In this document: positions 1 to 9,579 of the stretch, one piece after another | Position numbering within the stretch: the first letter of the stretch is position 1 | How the letters are laid out: each line of letters opens with the position of its first letter | From: Candidatus Pacearchaeota archaeon | GTDB lineage: Archaea; Nanobdellota; Nanobdellia; Pacearchaeales; GW2011-AR1 | DNA: 36,533 bases | Direction of reading: 5' to 3' | Assembly (NCBI GenBank): GCA_002688415.1 | Contig: NZCX01000009.1 | Location: forward strand, 1-36,533 | Made by a program: the position numbers and the translations under genes | The notes under the pieces: generated by a model | What the model saw: the letters and a program-made list of their open reading frames with translations, nothing else | Told to the model about the DNA's origin: nothing | Databases searched by the model: none

Positions 1-1
1 A

Positions 2-193
2 GATGACTATATGAACAAGGGAAAGATAGACACTAGAGTGTATGAGAATATGTTGAAGACATATGCGAAGAGGTTGACATCGGTTCAAGAGGAAATGGTT
101 TTCTTGGAGACGCGTAAGATTTTGAAAAAGAATCTTGGAAGAAAAGGTGGAATGGTTGGGGAGACTAGGGTGAGTAAAGGACTTGACCTTTGA
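2..193 (+). CDS. C-terminal fragment of a hypothetical protein (5'-truncated by the window edge)
   Basis: The frame is open from position 2 to TGA at 191-193. The sequence is charged and helical-looking, with no recognisable motif. Confidence 0.6.
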   Translation, partial: DDYMNKGKIDTRVYENMLKTYAKRLTSVQEEMVFLETRKILKKNLGRKGGMVGETRVSKGLDL

Positions 194-241
194 TGTTTCA
201 ATTTTAGAAAACTTTATTAAGCTAGATTATTTTAATGAATT

Positions 242-454
242 ATGAATAAGATAAGCAGAACAATAACAGGAGTGGTAATGATTTTTGGAGGATTGTTTTT
301 AATCGGGGTAGGGATATTCAATTGGGGGAGTGAAGGTGTTTGGGTTGCTTGGATGTATGGTGTTTTGACATTTGTCCTTGGTTGGTTTGTTTTACTTAAC
401 AATAAGGAAGATAAAATTGAAGAGATAAATTATTCTAAGGGAGGTAAAAAATGA
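242..454 (+). CDS. small two-TM membrane protein
   Basis: Two hydrophobic segments. TATA TTTATTAA (213-220) lies 21 nt before the ATG. The end overlaps the next gene (ATGA). Confidence 0.8.
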   Translation: MNKISRTITGVVMIFGGLFLIGVGIFNWGSEGVWVAWMYGVLTFVLGWFVLLNNKEDKIEEINYSKGGKK

Positions 455-774
455 AAGAGATAATTGTAGCTACAACGGAAGAGGTTCCTGGCAAAAAAGT
501 TGCTCAGATCTTGGGTGTCGTTAGAGGAAGTACTGTTAGGGCCAGAAACATAGGAAGAGATATAGGTGCTAGCTTCAAAAGTATTGTTGGTGGAGAAATC
601 CAGACATACACACAGATGACAGATCATGCCCGAGATGAGGCTTACAATAGAATGGCGAATGAGGCTATTTCTAAGGGTGCTGATGCAGTGATCGGTATGA
701 GATTTATGACATCTATGGTTATGCAGGGTGCTGCAGAGATGGTAGCTTTTGGTACAGCAGTGAAGTTGAAGTAG
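451..774 (+). CDS. ybjQ: YbjQ/UPF0145 family protein (putative heavy-metal binding)
   Basis: Family motifs LGVVRGSTVR..NIGRDI.A..KSIVGGE and GADAVIGMRF...GTAV. SD GGAGGT upstream. Confidence 0.92.
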   Translation: MKEIIVATTEEVPGKKVAQILGVVRGSTVRARNIGRDIGASFKSIVGGEIQTYTQMTDHARDEAYNRMANEAISKGADAVIGMRFMTSMVMQGAAEMVAFGTAVKLK

Positions 775-776
775 AA

Positions 777-1985
777 TTAGTTTAGGCTTCTTTCAATATC
801 AATCAATCTTTTGTGTTTAATGAGTCGTTCTTTGCCCATTATTCCCATCTTTATGAAGTCGGCACCGAAGCCTACAGCGTAATCAGCTAGGGCCGGGTCC
901 ATTGTTTCCCCACTCCGGTGTGAAAATATAATTTTTAAACCATGTTTCTTTGCCAGTTTTACAACTTTGGCAACTTCTAAAAGGGAGCCTATCTGATTCG
1001 GTTTTACGATGATGGCATTGATCGATTTAGACCTAATTGCTCTTGACAATCTTCCTACGTTGGTAGTTGTCAAATCATCTCCGACAATCAAGCTTTTGGT
1101 TCTATAATCTTTAGTTGTTGATAGAATTTGTTTAAATCCAAGAAAATCTTCTTCGTCCATTGGGTCCTCTACATAAAAGATTCCAAACTTTCTTATTAAT
1201 CTTTCAATATAGTCGATTTGGTCTAGCCGATCTCTCGTTAGGCTTTTGTTTTTGTATTCATAATAGTTTCTTTGGAAGAAAGAAGAAGCTGCAATATCTA
1301 ATCCGATCCTTAGTTTGTATTTTTCAGCGACTTTTTTCAATATCTCTAACGTTTCCTCATTTGTTTTCTTTGTATTCCATGCAGATTCATCTGTTTTCTT
1401 TTTTGATTTTAAGAGTTTTCTCGCATATTCGTAAGCACGGATGTTAACAGTAGTGGCGTGTCTAAAAGATTTCTCTTTTGGTATTAATAAAAATTCTTGA
1501 AAATCGGGCTTTTTCCCCCTTATCCCGGTTGTGTGCAATCCGCCTCCTATGCAGTTCCCGATTGGCATTGGCATTTTTGACTTTTTCTCAAGGTCAGTTG
1601 AATCTCTTATCAGCCTCCAAAGTTCTTTATTTTCTTCAGCTGCTGCGGCCTTTAGGAAAACACTCTCTAAGACGTATGTAATGTTTCCGCCTAACAGTCC
1701 AAATCTTCTTTCAAATCTTTCAATCAAATCCTTCAATTTTTTCAAATCCTCTAATTTCCTGATGAAGAAATTCTTACTTTTTATTAGTCTGCAGAAATGT
1801 CTGAGGTTTTTCATGGAGTGAGCCTTTCCCTTCTTGCTATAGGCACCCACCTCATGAGCCCCAGTAGACTTCCCAGATGGCGCGGATGCAGTGAATGTCC
1901 CGTGATATGTATGAAGCGTTATAGAAATAGTCTTTTCTCTCCTGGAGTCTTTAATGAATCTTGGTCTTACCTCTTTTACGAACAT
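777..1985 (-). CDS. eno: enolase (phosphopyruvate hydratase), divergent and Lys-rich
   Basis: Motifs PSGKSTG, GGGLH, FQEF, DIAAS, EDP, GDDL, KPNQIG and SHRSGET. TATA at 2007-2014, 21 nt upstream. Confidence 0.93.
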   Translation of the reverse strand: MFVKEVRPRFIKDSRREKTISITLHTYHGTFTASAPSGKSTGAHEVGAYSKKGKAHSMKNLRHFCRLIKSKNFFIRKLEDLKKLKDLIERFERRFGLLGGNITYVLESVFLKAAAAEENKELWRLIRDSTDLEKKSKMPMPIGNCIGGGLHTTGIRGKKPDFQEFLLIPKEKSFRHATTVNIRAYEYARKLLKSKKKTDESAWNTKKTNEETLEILKKVAEKYKLRIGLDIAASSFFQRNYYEYKNKSLTRDRLDQIDYIERLIRKFGIFYVEDPMDEEDFLGFKQILSTTKDYRTKSLIVGDDLTTTNVGRLSRAIRSKSINAIIVKPNQIGSLLEVAKVVKLAKKHGLKIIFSHRSGETMDPALADYAVGFGADFIKMGIMGKERLIKHKRLIDIERSLN

Positions 1986-2039
1986 AAATGGTTTAAGAAT
2001 ATTGTATTAATAAAGTTTTGTTTTAGACTTTAAAAAATA

Positions 2040-2441
2040 TTAAGAGAGTTCTTCGCTGATTACTGGTTTGGCTGATGCTCTTTCTTCAACTTCTTCTTCG
2101 CTGCTTGTTGCCATCTCCATTATTTCTCCGCTTTCTTGAATTTCCTTCTCTTCTTCTGCTTCAGCTTTTGCTTTTTCTTCATCGCTCAAAGTTTTATCTT
2201 CTAGCTTTACTTTTGCGATATCTTCCTCTTTTCTTCTTGGCATTGGTCTATTAACTGTAATTGGCAGAACGCCAGAATCTAATTCTTTTTCAGCAATTCT
2301 TAGTGGATCAAAATTAACCCCATTTAGATCTTCTTTAGATATCTTTAATAGAAGTGGTGCATCCATAGAAACTTGTAAACCTCTAGCGCCGATGATCCTC
2401 GCTCTTTCGTATTTTGTGAATTCTCTTTTTGGTTCTGCCAT
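2040..2441 (-). CDS. rpoK: DNA-directed RNA polymerase subunit K (Rpo6) with acidic C-terminal extension
   Basis: [22 protein letters not shown]...[19 protein letters not shown] chosen at 2441, just after the rrp42 stop. Confidence 0.95.
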   Translation of the reverse strand: MAEPKREFTKYERARIIGARGLQVSMDAPLLLKISKEDLNGVNFDPLRIAEKELDSGVLPITVNRPMPRRKEEDIAKVKLEDKTLSDEEKAKAEAEEEKEIQESGEIMEMATSSEEEVEERASAKPVISEELS

Positions 2442-2442
2442 T

Positions 2443-3264
2443 TTAGTCGAATACAAGCTTTTTTATTTCAGCGTATTTCTTACTATATACTTCTTCAGTC
2501 AAGTTTAAAATCTTTTCCATGTCTTCTGTATCAATTGCGCCTTCTTTTCCTTTTTGCATTGCAGTAATTCTACATTTTTTATTTCCTTCTCCTATTGCAA
2601 TTCCTAATCTAAAATCAGACACTGCTTGTTCTTCAACACTTGGATCGATAACAATTTGATTTCCTATTTTGTGGAATGTTGTGTTGAATGATAATGCTTC
2701 TTTGTTTAATGGAAGTGGGTTCTTACTAAACTCGTGCTCAATCTTTTCTGTTTCTTCGTTATAAACTGGGAGTCTTGCTTGTCCTAAAGCGATTAAAGCT
2801 GCGATACCTGCTGCATCAAATAAGTTTCCATCATCGTTAATTGCGATTATGTCTAAAAATACTTGATATACCTTTTCTCCTTCTTTAATACATAGTTTCT
2901 TGAAATCAATAAATCCAGATTCTCGTATTCCTCTGTCAATAACTCTTGCTAATTCAATAGCTTCAATTCCGGGTCTTCCTATGTCGAATCTGCTAGAAGC
3001 CATCGGGTGCAATTCAGCTGTTGTCATGAATGTTCCTTCGTCCTGTGAATCTGGATAAGGAGTTGTAACTGCCATCTTAACACCGGCGTAAACATGTGTT
3101 TTTCCTAATTTTAATGAAATTGCACTTTCTGCGTTTTTGCTAATCGCTTTTTCTACAACAATGTCCCGGAATTCGTCCATCTTCCTTCCGTCAAATCTTT
3201 TACCGCTTGTAATGTGCTCAATTATTCTTTTTTTCTGCAATGTTGGCATTATATGGTTGCTCAT
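2443..3264 (-). CDS. rrp42: exosome complex component Rrp42
   Basis: RNase PH fold motifs [36 protein letters not shown] and DDGNLFDA. Operon position after rrp41. Confidence 0.95.
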   Translation of the reverse strand: MSNHIMPTLQKKRIIEHITSGKRFDGRKMDEFRDIVVEKAISKNAESAISLKLGKTHVYAGVKMAVTTPYPDSQDEGTFMTTAELHPMASSRFDIGRPGIEAIELARVIDRGIRESGFIDFKKLCIKEGEKVYQVFLDIIAINDDGNLFDAAGIAALIALGQARLPVYNEETEKIEHEFSKNPLPLNKEALSFNTTFHKIGNQIVIDPSVEEQAVSDFRLGIAIGEGNKKCRITAMQKGKEGAIDTEDMEKILNLTEEVYSKKYAEIKKLVFD

Positions 3265-3992
3265 TCTTTATCCTCCGTATTTGCTTCTTTTAAGGCTTTC
3301 ATCTGAACTTCTAAAACATCTCCACATGCTTTTTTACCCATTTCGATAGCTGTTTTTAGTTCTTCAGTTGAAATCTTACCATCTAATTGCAATAATGTGA
3401 TTTTCTTTGTTCTAGAAGTTATTGCCATTGGTATATCTGTTGCACCTTCTCCATCATGGAAATCTTCTTCATCTTTGTCAACATCAACAATAATTGTTTT
3501 GTCTGCTTTTCCAACAGCCATAGCGCTAACCATTTCTTTCATTGGTATTCCTGCGTGTGCAAGAGCCATAGCAGCTGCATTTAAACCTGCAACTCTTGTT
3601 CCAGCATCTGCTTGTGGAATTTGAATAAAAACATCAACAACAGTGTTCGGGAATGCATCTAAATCAACAACAGCATCTAATGCCCACTCACTTACCTTTG
3701 AAATTTCTTCGCTTCTTCTTGAGGGTCCTGGTCTAATTCTGTCCCAAACAGAGAAAGGCATCATCCCATAGCTAACCCTTAAGATTCCTTTTTGTGGATT
3801 TCTCTTATTTTGAGGATGTAGAACACGTGGCCCTCTAACAACTGCGATTGCTCTTGTTCCTCCAGTCTCGAACATAGCTGAACCGTCTGCAGAAGGTACG
3901 ACGCCAACTTTCGCAGCGATAGGTCTGATCTCGTCCATCTTCCTTCCGTCTGATCTTTTCTTATATAATGAATCTACTTTTTTTGCTGCCAT
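3261..3992 (-). CDS. rrp41: exosome complex exonuclease Rrp41
   Basis: RSDGRKMDEIRP, ADGSA, GPSRRSEEIS, QADAGTR and DIPMA. Start at ATG 3992 with SD GGAGG upstream. Confidence 0.95.
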   Translation of the reverse strand: MAAKKVDSLYKKRSDGRKMDEIRPIAAKVGVVPSADGSAMFETGGTRAIAVVRGPRVLHPQNKRNPQKGILRVSYGMMPFSVWDRIRPGPSRRSEEISKVSEWALDAVVDLDAFPNTVVDVFIQIPQADAGTRVAGLNAAAMALAHAGIPMKEMVSAMAVGKADKTIIVDVDKDEEDFHDGEGATDIPMAITSRTKKITLLQLDGKISTEELKTAIEMGKKACGDVLEVQMKALKEANTEDKE

Positions 3993-3993
3993 T

Positions 3994-4734
3994 TTATTTC
4001 TTATCCTCCTTAGCTTCGTCTTTATCAGTATCCTCTTCGATAATTTCTGCTTTTTCTCCAATTTCTAATCCTAATTCTTTAATGTAAGATTCTGTTTTTT
4101 CTGTTAGTCCGCTCATTGTTGCATTTGCAACTACGAATTCGACTATTTTCTTTGCACTTAATTCTTTCTCGATGTTATCAGCTTTAATCCAAACAACTCC
4201 GTTTTGACCAACAGTCATATTTACACCTGTTGCTCCTCGAATTAACTTAACCATGCTTCCTTCTCGTCCAATTACCCTTGGAACCTTGTTCGGATTTACC
4301 TTGAACAACATCCCTCCCTCAATCTTTCCAAATCCTCGCATTTTCATAGAAACATCAATTCCTTTTGCTTTAACGTCCCAAACTTTTACAACAGCAGAAT
4401 CTCCGATGTCTAAAAAGTCGTTTAATTCATTTCTATTAACGTATCTGTGAACTTCATTTAAAGACAAGAAGGCATTTGCTGATCCACCGAAATCGATTAA
4501 CCATCCATTGAATGTAACATCTATAACTGTCCCGATAACAGTGTTTCCTCTTCGTGGGAAATAAGCTCCAGAAACTGGGATAACTCTAACTTGTTTATCA
4601 GTTACCTCTGAGATCCCAAACTTAGCAGCTACAACGTCTTCTCCGTCCCTGTATGTGCTTTCTCCAGGTAGAAAAGAGTTCCCACTAACTATTGTTTCTC
4701 CAGGAATGACTAATTGTCTTTTTTCTTTTTCCAT
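3994..4734 (-). CDS. rrp4: exosome complex RNA-binding protein Rrp4
   Basis: LVIPGE N-terminus, an S1 domain (YFPRRGNTVIG) and a KH domain (KVPRVIGREGSM...VGQNGVVWI). Confidence 0.95.
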   Translation of the reverse strand: MEKEKRQLVIPGETIVSGNSFLPGESTYRDGEDVVAAKFGISEVTDKQVRVIPVSGAYFPRRGNTVIGTVIDVTFNGWLIDFGGSANAFLSLNEVHRYVNRNELNDFLDIGDSAVVKVWDVKAKGIDVSMKMRGFGKIEGGMLFKVNPNKVPRVIGREGSMVKLIRGATGVNMTVGQNGVVWIKADNIEKELSAKKIVEFVVANATMSGLTEKTESYIKELGLEIGEKAEIIEEDTDKDEAKEDKK

Positions 4735-4795
4735 ATTTTTTCAATCGAGAAATTGATAATATTCGTAACCTTTTCTTTTCTCGTAATGATAGAAA

Positions 4796-6040
4796 TTATA
4801 ATTTTGGGTTTATAAAGTTTTCGGGTGTCGTTCTTTGTGGCTTAATCCTCTTTGCCTTTTCAATAGCAGATTTAAAGGTTCCACGGAGAGTGAGGCAAAT
4901 CTTGTCTATGTCGCATTTTTCAATTATTGACTTTCTTCCTTCTCTCCCCATCTTGTTCGACTTTTTCATAGATTTTATCATAGTGTTGAGTTCTTTTGCC
5001 AATGAGACGGGATCATCTTTAGAGATTAAATGTCCCGTTTTTTCATTTTCTATTACCTCTGGGATTCCCCCAATCGCAGTTCCGATGGCTGGGAGTCCGC
5101 AAGCCATTGCCTCAGCATAAACTAGTCCGAAAGATTCCATTTGCGATGGCATTACAAAAATATCTGCGCCATTGTAAACATGTGGCATATCTTTCGGATT
5201 AAATGTTTCTATAATAACCCTGTCTTCTACTTTTAGTAATCTAGCAGTCTCTTTCAATTTTTCAATTGTTTCTTTTTTGCTTTCTACAAATGGAGGAGAA
5301 CACGGGGCTGCGGCTATCAAAAGTTTTACATTTTTATTTTTTATTGAGGCAAGTGCTCTAATTGATGTTTGAACCCCCTTTGTCTCGGCGTCACCTAAGG
5401 AGTTTAGTCTCGATGCACCCAACAATAAAATTTCCTTTGCAGAAACTGGGACCCTGCTTCTTAGCCATTTTTTCCCCAATCCTGGCTTGAAAACTTTTGT
5501 GTCTACTGGCGGGAATATAACACTGAGTTTTTTTGAGGAAAGTCCTTTTTTGAACAAATCTTCTGCTAAGTTTGAGCTCACTGTTATAATCTTGTCCCAA
5601 GAGAGGCTTTTTATTAGCATGAGCTTAATCTCGGCATAATCGTTGTCCTCTATAAAAGAGTGAACAGTCAAGGATGTTGGAATTTTGCTTTCTAATGACA
5701 CAATATTTACTGCTAGGGCGTGTCCTGGAGCTTTGATCGCGGTATTCATTGCCTGAGCGGATATTATGCTTGGCTTTTTCTTTTTTACATAGTCTCTTAA
5801 GAAGCTTAAGAATTCCCTGGAGCTTTCCTCAAGGTCTTTTTCCTTATCAAATAAATTCATGCAGGGTATCTTGTAAACTGTAACTTCCCCTTCTTTCTCT
5901 ATGCTCTTGTCTCCGTAGGAGGCTGTAATTATATCTACCTTATGTCCTAGTTCTGTGAGTTTTTTGGAGACATTATCAACATATCGAGGGATTCCACCTC
6001 CGGTAGGCTTATAGAAAAAAGTAACCAATGTGATTCTCAT
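4796..6040 (-). CDS. glycosyltransferase family 4 (GT-B)
   Basis: N-terminal GGIPRYV. C-terminal ADIFVMPSQMESFGLVYAEAMACGLPAIGTAIGGIPEVI signature. Confidence 0.93.
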   Translation of the reverse strand: MRITLVTFFYKPTGGGIPRYVDNVSKKLTELGHKVDIITASYGDKSIEKEGEVTVYKIPCMNLFDKEKDLEESSREFLSFLRDYVKKKKPSIISAQAMNTAIKAPGHALAVNIVSLESKIPTSLTVHSFIEDNDYAEIKLMLIKSLSWDKIITVSSNLAEDLFKKGLSSKKLSVIFPPVDTKVFKPGLGKKWLRSRVPVSAKEILLLGASRLNSLGDAETKGVQTSIRALASIKNKNVKLLIAAAPCSPPFVESKKETIEKLKETARLLKVEDRVIIETFNPKDMPHVYNGADIFVMPSQMESFGLVYAEAMACGLPAIGTAIGGIPEVIENEKTGHLISKDDPVSLAKELNTMIKSMKKSNKMGREGRKSIIEKCDIDKICLTLRGTFKSAIEKAKRIKPQRTTPENFINPKL

Positions 6041-6180
6041 ATTTTTACCCCCTTGGCGAATAGATAGCCTCCCGGCTCTTCATCATCCGCCTTTTTTCGG
6101 GCTTTTTTCATAACCGGGGATGCTTCGTTTCCCTTAAAAAGGTTGCTGTCGCGTAGACGGGCTGACGTAAGTTTTAAATA
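6041..6180 (-). promoter_or_regulatory. promoter and structured ~110-nt 5' leader of the GT4 gene
   Basis: TATA TATTTAAA at 6173-6180. GC-rich imperfect stem between 6066-6077 and 6112-6124. SD-like AAGGGGGT at 6047-6054. Confidence 0.5.
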
Positions 6181-6256
6181 CCCTAAAACGGGCCAATCTA
6201 GCCACTGAATCACATATATCTTTTTAAGTCTAAAACCATATTTCTTAATGATTAAA

Positions 6257-7450
6257 ATGGTGAGATTTGCACACTTGGCGGACTGCCATCTCGGGTCATG
6301 GAGACAACCTGAGCTGGAGAGACTTAACTTTGAGAGTTTTATAAAATCTGTAGATCTTATCCTCGATGAAAAGCTAGATTTTGTTTTAATCGCGGGAGAT
6401 TTGTTTGATTCTGCTTATCCTTCAATTGAGATTTTAAAAGATACCTTTGAACAATTCAAGAGACTAAAAGAAGCAAATATTCCGGTTTTCTTAATAGCAG
6501 GTAGTCATGACTATTCTGCCTCAGGCAAGACCTTCTTGGATGTTTTGGAAAAAGGAGGATTTTGTAAAAATGTTTTTGAATTTGAAGAAAATAATGGTAA
6601 AATGAAATTAATCCCCTCTAGGGTTGGGGATGTTTCGATTTTTGGTTATCCTGGTAAAAAATCAAGTATGGAAGTTGAAGATCTAAAAAATATTGAGATT
6701 CCGCCACAAGATAATTTTACAATTCTAATGCTACACACAACGCTAGAAGATGTTGCTCCACATCCGGAGATTCCGAAAGTGAGAAAAGAATCATTGCCAT
6801 TAGTAAATTATTACGCACTAGGGCATATTCATCAAACATTTAACACAAAACTGGGAAATTCAGAATTTATCTATCCGGGCCCACTTTACCCAAATAACTT
6901 TCAAGAGTTAGCAGATCTAAAACAGGGAAGCATCGTAATTGTTGATGTGGATGGCTGGGAAATAAATGCTAAGCTAATTAGGATTCCATCAAAGGAAGTA
7001 GTATATATTGAAGAAGAAATTGAGAATTCTCTAACAGCAACAGATCAGCTGATAGATAAGTTAGACAGAATGAATCTAAAAGATAAAATTGTTCTTTTGA
7101 AATTAAAAGGAGAAGTAAAACAAGGAAAGACGGGAGATATTAAGTTTGATAAGATTGAGGAATTCGTTAAGAAAAAAGAGTCATATTCGTTTTTAAGAAA
7201 TATTTCTAAGTTGAGAATGTTAGATGAATCATTTGAGCTTCCCTCTTTTGACCTGGAAGAGGTGGAATCCCTTGAAGAAGAAATAATCAAAAAATATTCT
7301 GAGGAAAATCCGCATGATTTCAATACAAGACTTCCTCAGTTGATGGGAGCTTTGTCTATTGAGAAAAAAGAAGATGAAAAATCATCGACATTTGAAGAGA
7401 GATTGCTTAGTGAATTAAAGAACATACTGGAAATAAAGGAGTCAATATGA
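6257..7450 (+). CDS. mre11: DNA double-strand break repair nuclease Mre11
   Basis: Phosphoesterase motifs ADCHLG, AGDLFD, GSHD and YYALGHIH. Overlaps the rad50 start. Alternative start at 6248. Confidence 0.93.
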   Translation: MVRFAHLADCHLGSWRQPELERLNFESFIKSVDLILDEKLDFVLIAGDLFDSAYPSIEILKDTFEQFKRLKEANIPVFLIAGSHDYSASGKTFLDVLEKGGFCKNVFEFEENNGKMKLIPSRVGDVSIFGYPGKKSSMEVEDLKNIEIPPQDNFTILMLHTTLEDVAPHPEIPKVRKESLPLVNYYALGHIHQTFNTKLGNSEFIYPGPLYPNNFQELADLKQGSIVIVDVDGWEINAKLIRIPSKEVVYIEEEIENSLTATDQLIDKLDRMNLKDKIVLLKLKGEVKQGKTGDIKFDKIEEFVKKKESYSFLRNISKLRMLDESFELPSFDLEEVESLEEEIIKKYSEENPHDFNTRLPQLMGALSIEKKEDEKSSTFEERLLSELKNILEIKESI

Positions 7451-9501
7451 AGTTTAAGAAATTAAGATTAGAAAACATTAGGAGCTATAAGGAATTGGAA
7501 TTAGAATTTCCCGAGGGTAGTCTTTTATTATCTGGGGATATCGGATCTGGAAAGACTTCTATTTTATTAGGTTTGCAGTTTGCTTTATTCGGTTTGCAGC
7601 CAGGGCAGAAGGGATCTTCTATTCTTAGGAATGGAGAGAATGAAGCTTATGCCAGACTTGATTTTGAGGTTGAGAATAATCAGATTACACTTGAGAGAAC
7701 GATTAATAGGGCTAAGAGTGGTGGGATAACACAGGGCAAGAGTATTTTGTATGTTAATTCTGTTAGAGAAGAGTTGTCTACTACCGAAATGAAGAATAGG
7801 GTTTTGGAGATATTGAATTATCCATTAGAATACGCAAGGAAGTCTAATGTTCTTTACAAGTACACTGTTTTCACACCACAGGAAGAGATGAAAACAATCA
7901 TACAGGAAAATCCAGAAGTTAGAATGGATTCTATTCGGCATATTTTTGGTATTGATAGATATAGAAGAATTAAAGTTAATACACAGGTCTTTTTGCAGAA
8001 GCTTAAGCAGTCAATAAGGATCAAGGAGGTCTTAGTTTCTGAGCTGGATTTATTGAAGGAGAAATTAAATCTAGAGAGCGAGAAGAAGATTTCTTTAGCC
8101 AGAGAAACAAATGACTCAGAGATTGAAATGAGATCTTTGGTTGAAAAAAAAGAAGTTGCGGCAGCCGAGATGGCGCAGTTTAGAGAATTGGCAAAAGAAA
8201 GAGAGAAAATTGAGAAGGATATTCAGCGCCATGCGGGCTTAATTAGCGGGAAAAAAGATATTGGAGATAGACTAAAGAAGGAAATCGTAATTATGCAGAA
8301 GCAGATTTCTAATCGAGGAGATTTTTCTCAAGAGAGATTAGATTCAGTTAGAGAATTGCTTATGAACCATAAACAATCTTTAGAAGAGTTCACTTCTTTG
8401 ATGTTTGATTTGAATTCTAAGTTAAAAGTTGTTGAAGAGAAGAAGAATGAGATGCAGGATAAAAGTGAGAAGGTTAATTCTTTAGTTGAATGTCCGGTTT
8501 GTTTTCAGAGTGTTGGGTCGGAGCATAAAGATAAGATGCATAAAAGGGCTGTCTTTGAAATTGAAGATTTAAACCGTGAATTTGATGAGCTTTCTGTTCG
8601 TGTTGAGGTTTTAGACAAGAAAATAACAAGAGAGAAAGAGCTGGTTCGTGATTATGAGAAAGATAGGGAAGTTCTAGAGAGAAATAAGCTTCAGGAGGAT
8701 CATTTGAAGAGTATTGATATAAAATTAAAGAGTGATGCTTTTGTTTTGGAGAGAACAATGAATGAGCTAAAGGCTCTTGAAGAGAATCTTAATTATCTCG
8801 AAGGGAAACAGATAGAACTTACAAGTTCTTTGACTATTTTTCAACAACAGGAAGAAGAATTTGAGAGAATTCGTGCAATTATTAGGAAGAAAGAGATTCT
8901 TTTGGCTACTACGAAAAAAGAATTGGAGATCGTTAAGCAGAGGCTGGAGGAGCTTAGAGAAGAGATAACAAAGAAAGAGGAGAATCAAAAGCAGATTGAC
9001 TATTTGAGGGGTTTACAAACTTGGCTTGAGAATAGGTTTTTGAAATTGATTAATATGACAGAGAAGAATGTTTTGGTTAAGTTGAGGAATGAATTTTCAA
9101 ATGTATTTTCAGAGTGGTTTAGTATTCTTGTTTCGACTGATTTGATGGTGAAGATTGACGAAGACTTTACTCCGAAGGTTGTTAATCAGGATTATGAGGT
9201 TGATTATGATTTTTTAAGTGGTGGAGAAAGAACTGCTGTTGCTTTAGCTTATCGTTTAGCTTTGAATCAGGTTTTGAATTCTTTGGTTTCTCAGATTAAG
9301 ACCAAGGGTGTTATGATTTTAGATGAGCCTACAGATGGGTTTTCAAGCGAGCAGATTGATAAGATGAGGGATTTGTTTGATCAATTGAATTCAGAGCAGT
9401 TGATTTTGGTTTCGCATGAACCGAAGATTGAAGGTTTCGTGGATCATATAATTAATGTTAAGAAAGAAGGCGGTAGTCTTGTTGAGAAAATTGAGAAGTG
9501 A
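7447..9501 (+). CDS. rad50: DNA double-strand break repair ATPase Rad50
   Basis: Walker A GDIGSGKTS, coiled coil with central zinc hook CPVC, signature LSGGE, Walker B LDEPT and H-loop VSH. Confidence 0.95.
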   Translation: MKFKKLRLENIRSYKELELEFPEGSLLLSGDIGSGKTSILLGLQFALFGLQPGQKGSSILRNGENEAYARLDFEVENNQITLERTINRAKSGGITQGKSILYVNSVREELSTTEMKNRVLEILNYPLEYARKSNVLYKYTVFTPQEEMKTIIQENPEVRMDSIRHIFGIDRYRRIKVNTQVFLQKLKQSIRIKEVLVSELDLLKEKLNLESEKKISLARETNDSEIEMRSLVEKKEVAAAEMAQFRELAKEREKIEKDIQRHAGLISGKKDIGDRLKKEIVIMQKQISNRGDFSQERLDSVRELLMNHKQSLEEFTSLMFDLNSKLKVVEEKKNEMQDKSEKVNSLVECPVCFQSVGSEHKDKMHKRAVFEIEDLNREFDELSVRVEVLDKKITREKELVRDYEKDREVLERNKLQEDHLKSIDIKLKSDAFVLERTMNELKALEENLNYLEGKQIELTSSLTIFQQQEEEFERIRAIIRKKEILLATTKKELEIVKQRLEELREEITKKEENQKQIDYLRGLQTWLENRFLKLINMTEKNVLVKLRNEFSNVFSEWFSILVSTDLMVKIDEDFTPKVVNQDYEVDYDFLSGGERTAVALAYRLALNQVLNSLVSQIKTKGVMILDEPTDGFSSEQIDKMRDLFDQLNSEQLILVSHEPKIEGFVDHIINVKKEGGSLVEKIEK

Positions 9502-9579
9502 TTATTCTTCTAATTCAACGTCTTCTAGACTGTCTTCCTCTTCTGTTCCCTCTCCGGTTGTTTCGTCTTCGTTTTCCAT
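9502..9579 (-). CDS. putative 25-aa acidic microprotein (MENEDETTGEGTEEEDSLEDVELEE)
   Basis: ORF not in the supplied track. TTTTTAAA (9601-9608) lies exactly 21 nt before its ATG. It fills the gap between the rad50 stop and tRNA-Glu. Confidence 0.5.
   Translation of the reverse strand: MENEDETTGEGTEEEDSLEDVELEE

Noticed and set aside
6041-6220. GC-rich intergenic block as SRP RNA, RNase P RNA or a known riboswitch
   Set aside because: It is too short, and I see no SRP helix 8 motif, RNase P P4 consensus or fluoride/TPP riboswitch consensus. It is kept only as a novel leader candidate.
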